Source of the DNA: Parcubacteria group bacterium LiPW_15
GTDB lineage: Bacteria; Patescibacteriota; Minisyncoccia; UBA6257; 2-01-FULL-56-20
Assembly (NCBI GenBank): GCA_007375645.1
Contig: VMER01000004.1
Location: 1-39,603, forward strand
Length of the DNA: 39,603 nt
Direction: 5' to 3'
The position numbers were made by a program, and so were the translations under genes. The notes beneath the pieces were generated by a model. The model worked only from the letters and a program-made list of their open reading frames with translations, was not told the origin of the DNA and did no database searches. Positions 31,281 through 38,906 of the stretch are shown in pieces (within the stretch, counting starts at the first letter, position 1; every line of letters begins with the position of its first letter).

Positions 31281-31356
31281 TGGTGTGTCGTAGAGGACTT
31301 GAACCCCCAACTGAGAGATTTAGAGTCTCCCGCTCTACCAATTGAGCTAACGACAC
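31281..31356 (-). tRNA. tRNA with CUA anticodon (putative amber suppressor), Lys-like body, CCA encoded
   Basis: GTGTCGT TA GCTC AATTGGTA GAGC G GGAGA CT-CTA-AA TCTCT CAGTT GGGGG TTCAAGT CCTCT ACGACAC A CCA: a canonical 76-nt cloverleaf. Confidence 0.88.
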
Positions 31357-31389
31357 ACGCTTCCTTTCGAAAAGAACTGGTCAAAGAAA

Positions 31390-31465
31390 TGGAGCAGGTG
31401 GAAGGATTCGAACCCCCGACCCCCGGCATCCTGTGACGGTGCTCTGCCCACTGAGCTACACCCGC
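31390..31465 (-). tRNA. tRNA-like gene, Gly-type acceptor (G1-C72, C2-G71, U73), aberrant anticodon arm (nominal AGG)
   Basis: GCGGGTG/CACCTGC-T-CCA with normal D and T arms; anticodon arm CCGTC-ACAGGAT-GCCGG has a mismatch and C at position 33. Confidence 0.72.
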
Positions 31466-31485
31466 TCATTTCTTTTCTGAGAATT

Positions 31486-31564
31486 TGGTGGAACTGGGTG
31501 GATTGCAACCACCGACCTCCCGAGACCCTCTCGGGCGCTCTTCTGCTTGCTGAGCTACAGTCCC
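31486..31564 (-). tRNA. tRNA-like gene, Ala-type acceptor (G3-U70, A73), closed anticodon loop (nominal GGG)
   Basis: GGGACTG/CAGTTCC-A-CCA; anticodon arm CCCGAGA-GGG-TCTCGGG; D loop lacks GG; T loop TTGCAAT. Confidence 0.7.
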
Positions 31565-31590
31565 ACTTATTTCTTTTTGAAGAAGATCAA

Positions 31591-31665
31591 TGGTGGGCGG
31601 TAGTCGATTCGAACGACTGACCGGCGGCCTATCGAGCCGCTGCTCTTCCGCTGAGCTACCCGCCC
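31591..31665 (-). tRNA. tRNA-like gene, nominal Ile(GAT), Ile/Val-like body, C33
   Basis: GGGCGGG/ACCGCCC-A-CCA (7-66 mismatch); GCGGC-TCGATAG-GCCGC; AGTCG-TTCGAAT-CGACT. Confidence 0.75.
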
Positions 31666-31710
31666 ACTCACTTTTCTTCTTATCTTTCACATGTATTGAT
31701 TCCCAAGAAA

Positions 31711-31800
31711 TGGTCGGGTCGGCAGGAATTGAACCCGCGACCCCGTCGGTCCCGAAGCGCTTCGGCTTTGACGTGCTCTGCCAGGCTGAGCTACGACCCG
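31711..31800 (-). tRNA. tRNA-Pro-like gene (C1-G72, A73) with ~13-nt insertion in the anticodon arm
   Basis: CGGGTCG/CGACCCG-A-CCA, D loop AGCCTGGCA; anticodon region CGTC-AAAG-CCGAAG-CG-CTTCGG-GACC-GACG; 90 nt. Confidence 0.7.
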
Positions 31801-32610
31801 ACCTTTCTTCCAACATGTGTAGACTGCCCGTTCTTAAGGAGTCATCGGAGTTTTGATGGGCTTGGTTTCACGCGAAGCGTGAACCATCAAAACGAGATAC
31901 AGGCGCAAAATTTCCGCTGGAGAAATTTTGACGCCGGTCCTTAAGAACGGGCAGTCGTGATCCTCAATCAAGTCCGCAAATCCATAGCTTCGGTAGCGCG
32001 CTTAGCCCCGGTACATTTTCGGCGCTCCATACCAATCGAATAGTGAGTTGTTACACACTCTTTAAAGGATGGCTACCTCTAAGCCAACCTCCTATCTGTC
32101 CATGGTACAAAACTGCCTTTTACACTTAGCGCGCATTTAGGGACCTTAGCTTATGGTCTGGGCTGTTCCCCTCACGTACACGGAGCTTAGCCCCCGCGTA
32201 CTGACTACCTGGATTCCATGCACGGTATTCGGAGTTTGATTGGTCGGGCAGTCTTTCGACTATTACCGACCATCCAGTGCTCTACCCCCATGCATTACCG
32301 CCAGGCGCTAGTCCTAAAACTATTTCGGAGAGAACTAGCTATTACCGAAATCGATTAGCTTTTCACTCCTTACCCCAAGTCATCCGAGAGTGTTGCACAA
32401 CTCACCGGTTCGGACCTTCCTCCATCTTTCGACGGAGTTCATCCTGCTCAGGGCAAGCTCTTCCGGCTTCGAGTCTTATGCACGCGACTATCCTAAAAGG
32501 ATTACGCCCTATTCAGACTCGGTTTCCCTATGGATGCTCCCCCTAGGGGGATTATCCGAGCCACGTGCACAAAGTCGTTGGATCATTCTTCAATAGGCAC
32601 ACTATCGTCC

Positions 32611-32880
32611 GCTGCATCCCGAACAAATAAAGCGAGATATTGGTGGATTCGGCTTCTGCCGATTCCGCGACGCTCCGACGAAAGTGTAGTCTCGATGAAA
32701 CTACATTGAGGAGGTGCAACAATGGAATCGGCGAAGTCCGAATCCATACCAGATTATTTTTATTTCTGGCTTCGTTGCGCGTCGCTCATGTATCAGCTTC
32801 TGATACACATCGCTTCTTGCGCCTGGCCAGAAATAAAAATTCTTCTGGCCAATGCTCGTTCTATTTGTTCGGGATGCAGT
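32611..32880 (-). other. Structured non-coding intervening sequence in 23S helix 25
   Basis: Perfect 18-bp closing stem (32612-32629 with 32862-32879) at the E. coli ~545 position, with several internal hairpins. Confidence 0.85.
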
Positions 32881-32949
32881 CTAGACTTTAGTTCCTTGTA
32901 GACAAATGGTTTCAGGTTCTATTTCAACGGCCTCACCGGCCTGCTTTTA

Positions 32950-32980
<31 letters not shown>

Positions 32981-33750
32981 ATCATCAAAAGTATTTAGCC
33001 TTGCCTGATAGTACAGGCGAATTCCTTCAAGGCTTTCTTACCTTGAAGTACTCAAGAAAATAAACTAAAAAGTTCATCTGTTTTCGCCTACGGGGCTATC
33101 ACCCACTTTGGCTTCGCTTTCCAGCGAATTCGACTAACAAATGATTTTGTAACTTCTCCTTAGATCTAACCGCTATGCACTAGAGATGCACACAGCGGTT
33201 AAATCCAGTGTCTATTTCTTATGACCCCAAAAATAAATCTTGCGAAAAACTTTTGGTTTAGGCTCTGCCCGTTTCGCTCGCCGCTACTAAGGGTATAAAG
33301 ATTTTTCTTTTTTCCACCAGGTACTGAAATGTTTTACTTCCCTGGGTTCGCTCCTTGGCTTGCGCCAAGATAATTGAGGTTTACTCAATTGGGTTGCCCC
33401 ATTCGGAAATCCCCGGATCATCGGTTGCTACACACCTTCCCGAGGCGTATCGCCGCTACGCTGCGTCCTTCGTCGCCTTTTGATGTCAAGGCATCCACCA
33501 TTCGCCCTTATGCCAGCCATCCCAATGCTGATTTAACTTAAATGCGGACTTAATTTCTATTAAGTCTTACCTTTAATTTACCCAATCACCTTCATAAGGT
33601 GTTGGGGTTCGCATACTTCGATTTTCAAATTTCAGGAATGTATATTCACGAAAAAACCGCTGAGAGTCCAGCGGTTCCAGAGTTCGTCAAAGAGACGGCT
33701 TTAGACCGCAGAGACTATTGGTTTTATCTGAATATTCATTCGTGAGGATA

Positions 33751-33780
33751 AGTTTATATGAACTGCCACCCGCAAGTCAA
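33751..33780 (-). promoter_or_regulatory. Probable promoter of the 23S-5S unit
   Basis: Minus strand TTGACT-N18-TAAACT (or N16-TATAAA), about 230 nt upstream of the 23S 5' end. Confidence 0.55.
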
Positions 33781-33918
33781 GGGGTTGAAATGCAAACTCG
33801 GCGCATAGATAATAGATGCCTCGGCCTCAAGCCTAGGTCTCTATATATAGTGGAGTTTTCGCCAATACCGCCAGGAAAAGCTTATTTTATGAGTTTCGCC
33901 GGGCATTGCCTCTCCCCA

Positions 33919-33947
33919 TTGACAAAACCTCTCTAAAATGCTACAAT
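33919..33947 (+). promoter_or_regulatory. Near-consensus sigma70 promoter
   Basis: TTGACA-N17-TACAAT with an extended -10 TG, 47 nt before ATG 33995. Confidence 0.8.
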
Positions 33948-33994
33948 TCCCGAACAATTCAATTACCCGAAAAACGGGCTAAAATAATAACGAA

Positions 33995-36373
33995 ATGACC
34001 ATAACCAACAAAAAAATTCTCGGAATCGCAATTGTCCTCGTGGGCCTCACGTTCGCGGGAACTTCTGTTTCTACGGTGAATGCCGCTACCTGCCCCACGC
34101 TTTACGGCCACATTGTCCATCCGGGCGGAAACGGCTATCCAGCAACAGCTACGGCCACTAACGGATCTGACAACTGTACTGCGGAAATAACTTTCAGCGC
34201 ATATAAAGTTTATGTCACCCCGGGTCATCCGGGCTGGCTTGATACTCAGACTCTTTTTGATTCCCAAACCCTCACCTTCGCCCCGGGAGAAACCAAAACC
34301 TTCACGGTTAACACTCCCCAATGTTACGCCCAGCTCGATCTTTATGAAGGACCCGCACAACCCCATTTGAGCGACGCTGCTGGTGGATTTCCGGGCCAAA
34401 ATCTTTTGTCCTATTTGTTTACTGGCGGATCCGCCCTCTGTACGAACACACCCCCGCCGCAGCTCTCCTGCTCTCCCGCCAACCAAAATGTGGACATCAA
34501 TCAATCCGCTAATTTTTCCGCGAACGGCGGAGATGGAACCTATTCCTGGAGCTCGGGGTCAGGTTCTCCTTCGACCGGCAACGGAGCAAATTTTTCTTCT
34601 TCCTGGAACACTTCCGGAAACAAAACTGTAACCGTTACGAGCGGCTCCCAAACCGCTACCTGTTCGGTGTCCGTAAATCCTCCGGCTGTCGAACTTTCTT
34701 GTCAGCCTCAAACCCAGACCATTAACGTCGGCGATATTGCGGTCTTTTCCGCGCAGGGCGGCAACGGCAACTACAACTGGACCTCTCCCGGCTCCCCCGC
34801 CTCCGGCGTAGGTGCCAATTTTAGTTCCGCATTCTCTAGCGCCGGAGTTAAAACCGTAAACGTTACGGACGGAACTCAAACCAAGCAGTGTTCGGTTACC
34901 GTGAACGAAGTTGCGCAAAATCTTACTTGCTCTCCTTCGAGCCAGACCGGAAACGTGAATGACTATCTTACTTTTAGCGCCCAGGGCGGCAGCGGAAATT
35001 ACACTTGGAATGGCGGCGGAAATCCGACTACCGGCAACGGCACTTCGTTTGTCACGCAGTTTTTAACTTCCGGAAATAAAACTGTAACCGTTACGAGCGG
35101 CTCCCAAACTGCGACTTGTTCCGCATACATCAACCAAACCTCCTGCATCCAACCGAGCATCTATTTGAACGCAGCCAACAACATCACCGAGAACTCCGCG
35201 ACCCTTAATGGTTATATTGACCCTCAGGGCAAACCAACCACTTATTACTTTGAGTATGGCGTGAGCCAATCTTACGGCTACACCACCAATTCTCAGACGA
35301 TCACTTCTCCCCAAACCGTCACCTTCAGCATCTATGGCCTGCAGCCGAATACTACCTATTATTACCGTCTGGTAGCTCAAAGTGAATGCGGAACCAACCG
35401 CACCTCGGCTTTCAGTTTCACCACCCCCGGCGGCTACACCCCGCCCCAGCAGCAAATTTACTGCAATCCCCAAAACCAGAATGTTAACGTTAACGACTGG
35501 GTAAACTTCAACGCGACCGGCGGCAATGGCAACTATTATTGGTCCACCTCCGGAGACGCTTCTCCCTACAGCGGAAACGGCCAGAGCTTTGGCACCCGCT
35601 TTTCCAATAATGGAACGAAGATCGTAACCGTAAGTTCTTCAAATGGTGGAAGCGCGCAATGTATCGTCTACATAAACACCCCCCAGCAATATTCGAATTT
35701 TCAGATAACCAAAAATGTCTTGAATCGCACCCTCGGTCAGAGCGTGTATGTGAATAACGTTGAGGCTCAGTCTCAGGACCTAGTAGAATTTGAGATTCGC
35801 GTCCAAAATGCCAACTACAACAATAATTATTCCAATAACAACAATTACTACAATAATTACCAAATATTGGTTCGCGATGCGTTGCCCTACGGACTGACCT
35901 ATGTTCCCGGTTCCACGCGCGTTAACAACAATCAGGTTGCGGACGGGCTTACCCAGGGCTCCGGAATTTATCTGAATAACAATTACGGAAACCAGGAGCA
36001 GATCATCCGCTTCCAGGCGACCGTAAATCCGGACCGCATTGACGGATTACTTACCAACCAGGCTACTGTTACAATTAACTCAGATACGCGAAGCGCTTAT
36101 GCCACCGTGACCGTTCGCCCCCGTGGAACCGTTTTGGGAGCGGCTGATATAGTTACCGGTCCGGAAGACACGCTTCCCATAGTGCTTGCTCTCGGTTTCG
36201 CGTCCGCGCTTGCAGCCTATTATCTTTTGTTCCATCGCAAGGATGCCTCCCCGAAGCTAAACCTCGCTTCCGCCATCGTTTCCGAGACGCCTCGCGTAGA
36301 ACCCAAAAAGAAAACTGAGTTCGAAAAAATGCTGGAACGCATCCGGACAGAAGAAAAGTCCCCCGACGCGTAA
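33995..36373 (+). CDS. Secreted Ig-like repeat / FnIII / DUF11-like surface protein with C-terminal TM anchor
   Basis: Signal peptide, four 'L.C.P..Q...V...F.A.GG.G.Y.W...KTV.V...C' repeats, FnIII-like 'L.PNTTYYYRL', DUF11-like 'VRDALP.GL.YVPGS', then IVTG, a TM and HRK. Confidence 0.82.
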   Translation: MTITNKKILGIAIVLVGLTFAGTSVSTVNAATCPTLYGHIVHPGGNGYPATATATNGSDNCTAEITFSAYKVYVTPGHPGWLDTQTLFDSQTLTFAPGETKTFTVNTPQCYAQLDLYEGPAQPHLSDAAGGFPGQNLLSYLFTGGSALCTNTPPPQLSCSPANQNVDINQSANFSANGGDGTYSWSSGSGSPSTGNGANFSSSWNTSGNKTVTVTSGSQTATCSVSVNPPAVELSCQPQTQTINVGDIAVFSAQGGNGNYNWTSPGSPASGVGANFSSAFSSAGVKTVNVTDGTQTKQCSVTVNEVAQNLTCSPSSQTGNVNDYLTFSAQGGSGNYTWNGGGNPTTGNGTSFVTQFLTSGNKTVTVTSGSQTATCSAYINQTSCIQPSIYLNAANNITENSATLNGYIDPQGKPTTYYFEYGVSQSYGYTTNSQTITSPQTVTFSIYGLQPNTTYYYRLVAQSECGTNRTSAFSFTTPGGYTPPQQQIYCNPQNQNVNVNDWVNFNATGGNGNYYWSTSGDASPYSGNGQSFGTRFSNNGTKIVTVSSSNGGSAQCIVYINTPQQYSNFQITKNVLNRTLGQSVYVNNVEAQSQDLVEFEIRVQNANYNNNYSNNNNYYNNYQILVRDALPYGLTYVPGSTRVNNNQVADGLTQGSGIYLNNNYGNQEQIIRFQATVNPDRIDGLLTNQATVTINSDTRSAYATVTVRPRGTVLGAADIVTGPEDTLPIVLALGFASALAAYYLLFHRKDASPKLNLASAIVSETPRVEPKKKTEFEKMLERIRTEEKSPDA

Positions 36374-36398
36374 TATCAAAAAGTCGGCGACCCACAAA

Positions 36399-37364
36399 AT
36401 GAAAATGCTACAAAGAATTAAAAATTTCTTTATGCCGACCGAAGAAAACGCGGGCCTCCCGATATTTCTTTCCTCCTTCTCTCTCACCTTGCTCGGCGTT
36501 TTGGCCGCCTTTCTTCTGCTTGCTCCAGCAACCATCCGCGAAAATCAACTTGCTCAGCTTTTGGGCGGACCGACTTTTGCGAAAACGGATGTTATCCGTT
36601 TGGTTAATTCCGCTCGCGTGAATGCAGGACTCCCAAGCCTCAAAGAAAATGAAGTCTTGGATATCGCCGCCGCGGCCAAGGCCGAGGATATGGCAAGTAA
36701 AGAATATTTTTCCCATAATTCTCCGGATGGAAAAACTCCGTGGGATTTTATCAAGGGCGCGGGCTATAAATATACCGCTGCCGGCGAAAACCTTGCGATG
36801 GACTTTACAACCGCAGAAGCGGCCGAGAACGCACTCATGGCTTCTCCGACTCACCGTGCGAACATTTTGAACCCGCTTTACACGGAAATCGGCGTTTCCG
36901 TTGTTCGGGGAACGTTTGAAAGCCGTCCGGCCATCTATTTGGTTCAACACTTCGGCAAGCCGTCGGTGAAAGTTTCTCAACTCCCGCCGATAAAAGACCT
37001 GACTGCCGCCAAAGAGATACTGAAGCTCCCTGTCCAAAAAATCGAAACTCCGACAACCACCGCCAAGACCGCGGTTCTGGGCACGGAAATCAAACCCCAG
37101 GCTGTAAATCAGGCCGGCTCTCCGGCAACCGATATTCCCGATGTTCCGATCCGTTTTTTGGGATTTTTCGTGACCTTCATGCTCTTAACGACTCTTGCTA
37201 TAGCGCTGATCCGCTTAGGCGCGCTGCCGTTCGGAGTCATGATAAAAACTTTTGTTCTTATACTTATTTTCGGCTACATCGCGACCCATAGCGCGATCCT
37301 CAAGGAGGCTGCCCAAATAACGCCGGTATCTTTTTCCACTAACGCGATTAGCGTCGCAAGGTAG
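36399..37364 (+). CDS. CAP (SCP) domain membrane protein
   Basis: N..R...GL..L, AA.AKA.DM....YFSH.SPDG, AGENLA, MASPTHRANIL; N- and C-terminal TMs. Confidence 0.9.
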   Translation: MKMLQRIKNFFMPTEENAGLPIFLSSFSLTLLGVLAAFLLLAPATIRENQLAQLLGGPTFAKTDVIRLVNSARVNAGLPSLKENEVLDIAAAAKAEDMASKEYFSHNSPDGKTPWDFIKGAGYKYTAAGENLAMDFTTAEAAENALMASPTHRANILNPLYTEIGVSVVRGTFESRPAIYLVQHFGKPSVKVSQLPPIKDLTAAKEILKLPVQKIETPTTTAKTAVLGTEIKPQAVNQAGSPATDIPDVPIRFLGFFVTFMLLTTLAIALIRLGALPFGVMIKTFVLILIFGYIATHSAILKEAAQITPVSFSTNAISVAR

Positions 37365-37382
37365 AACGAGTAGAATATAGTA

Positions 37383-38036
37383 GTGAGGCGCCCGCTCCAA
37401 AACAAATTCCGCCGCCTGGCAATTTTTATCTTGCTCTTCTTGGGCGCAAGTTTATTTTTTTATCTTTTGCTGAATGGCGGAGCATTCTTTAAAGAACTCC
37501 GCTACGCAATATTTTTGAATTCGCCTTTTGTTTCTTATGATCTGAAGACCGGGGAAATATTAAAATTGGCTTCTGCCTCAAACTTGCCGCCGGGAGCGAA
37601 CTATCAGTTATTCCTCCCGCGCGTGCAGATCCAAACACCCATCGTCTCCCCAAAAGATCCTGGAACGGCATCGGTTTTAGCCGCGATGGAAGACGGCGTG
37701 GCTCTTTACCCGGGTTCTGTTCTGCCCGGCAATGTCGGCCGCGCGGTAATGCTGGGACACAGCTCCAGGGCCAGTTGGTATAGGGGAAACTACGCGACGG
37801 TTTTTTCGCTCCTCCCCCAAATGAAAGCTGGAGACATCATATATATAGTGGGAAACGGCAAAAAATATACTTACCGGGTCTCCGACAAAAGGGTGATGAG
37901 CCCAAACGATACCAATGCCCTTTTGAAGTCCGCCCCGAATGATTCCGAAATCGCGCTGATAACCTGCTACCCCATAGGTTCCGCCTCGCAAAGGAATATC
38001 GTTCTAGCAAAACTAATTGCGACGGAAAATATTTGA
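37383..38036 (+). CDS. Sortase
   Basis: N-terminal TM, PG..G..V..GHS (catalytic His), LITCYP (catalytic Cys) and a downstream Arg. Confidence 0.88.
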   Translation: MRRPLQNKFRRLAIFILLFLGASLFFYLLLNGGAFFKELRYAIFLNSPFVSYDLKTGEILKLASASNLPPGANYQLFLPRVQIQTPIVSPKDPGTASVLAAMEDGVALYPGSVLPGNVGRAVMLGHSSRASWYRGNYATVFSLLPQMKAGDIIYIVGNGKKYTYRVSDKRVMSPNDTNALLKSAPNDSEIALITCYPIGSASQRNIVLAKLIATENI

Positions 38037-38067
38037 TTGAGGGCCCGCAACCGCGTAACATATAAAT

Positions 38068-38874
38068 ATGCTTCCGATAGATTTAATTCTGGTTCGCCAC
38101 GGACAATCCGAGGGCAATGTTGCGAACAAAACAAGCCGGAGCGGCGATAACCGTTTCTTTACCGAAGAATTCAGAAATAGACATAGTCGCACATTTCGAT
38201 TAACCGACAAAGGCATCGAAGAAGCAAAGGCTGCGGGAGAATGGCTTAAAAATAATATCTCTACACCTATCGACAGATTCTATGTAAGCGATTATATCCG
38301 CGCCATGGAAACCGCGACGCTCTTGGATCTATCGAATGCGCTTTGGAGAAGAGAGTTTCATCTTAGGGAGCGCGATATGGCGCTCCAAGACAATCTTCCG
38401 GACGATGAGCGAAAGGTTTTATATCCGAAAGAAGACAAGCAGTACGCACAAAACAAATTCCTATCCATACCCGCCGGAGGCGGAGAATCCATTGCAAGTC
38501 TCTGCTTGCGCTTAAAGGCAACAATGCTGGCACACTGGGCCAGAGAATGCAGCGACAAGCGAGTTATCGCAGTTTGCCATGGACATGTAATGCGAGCGCT
38601 GCAGGTTGAGATTGAAGACCTTTTGCCCGAAAGATTCATAGAGCTTGATGAGTCGGAAAAACCGGAAGACAAAATACGCAATTGTCAGATTTTTTGGTAC
38701 ACACGCCGGGATCCGGAGACAAATGCTCTTGCTCCGCACATAATCGCAGTTCGCTCCGTTTGCCCATGGGACAAGCAGGGTGATTTCGGCTGGCGAAAGA
38801 TTCCCCGCAAACACTGGAGTAACAAGGAGCTTGCGGCCGAGGTTGAGAAACAAGAACGGCAAATTGCGCAATAA
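38068..38874 (+). CDS. Histidine phosphatase / phosphoglycerate mutase family protein
   Basis: LVRHGQSEGN, RA.ETA, LRE, GGES and VCHG motifs. Confidence 0.9.
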   Translation: MLPIDLILVRHGQSEGNVANKTSRSGDNRFFTEEFRNRHSRTFRLTDKGIEEAKAAGEWLKNNISTPIDRFYVSDYIRAMETATLLDLSNALWRREFHLRERDMALQDNLPDDERKVLYPKEDKQYAQNKFLSIPAGGGESIASLCLRLKATMLAHWARECSDKRVIAVCHGHVMRALQVEIEDLLPERFIELDESEKPEDKIRNCQIFWYTRRDPETNALAPHIIAVRSVCPWDKQGDFGWRKIPRKHWSNKELAAEVEKQERQIAQ

Positions 38875-38906
38875 GTTTGTGTTTGTCGCTAAAAGTTACT
38901 TCGTTC

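Larger units (their letters stand above)
31227..31979 (-). other. Intervening sequence in 23S helix 45 carrying five tRNA/tRNA-like genes
   Basis: 23S homology stops at ...CTCCTACCAC and resumes at ATCCATAGCTTCGGT; closed by a perfect 19-bp stem (31227-31245 with 31961-31979). Confidence 0.9.

Noticed and set aside
31281-31356. Pyrrolysine tRNA interpretation of the CUA tRNA
   Set aside because: It has a canonical D loop with GG, a TTC T loop, a 5-bp anticodon stem and a 5-nt variable loop; no pyl genes are in the window.
31270-31810. CRISPR-like periodicity (recurring GAGCTA and TGGT every ~100 nt)
   Set aside because: The recurring words are conserved tRNA D-arm and CCA sequences, not identical direct repeats; no cas genes are present.
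31144-31944. ORFs of 69-116 aa overlapping the helix-45 IVS (possible IVS-encoded protein)
   Set aside because: They run through tRNA cloverleaves, have no recognisable motif, and do not resemble the four-helix 23S-IVS protein or a homing endonuclease.
35810-35860. AAC/AAT/TAC-rich low-complexity tract
   Set aside because: It encodes an Asn/Tyr-rich loop within the surface protein; there is no second copy or reverse transcriptase nearby to suggest a diversity-generating retroelement.
37362-37385. CAP gene and sortase are in frame, separated only by two TAG codons (possible amber-readthrough fusion)
   Set aside because: It needs two readthrough events, the second TAG is part of a likely TAGAAT -10 box, the sortase has its own N-terminal anchor, and in-frame spacing occurs one time in three by chance.
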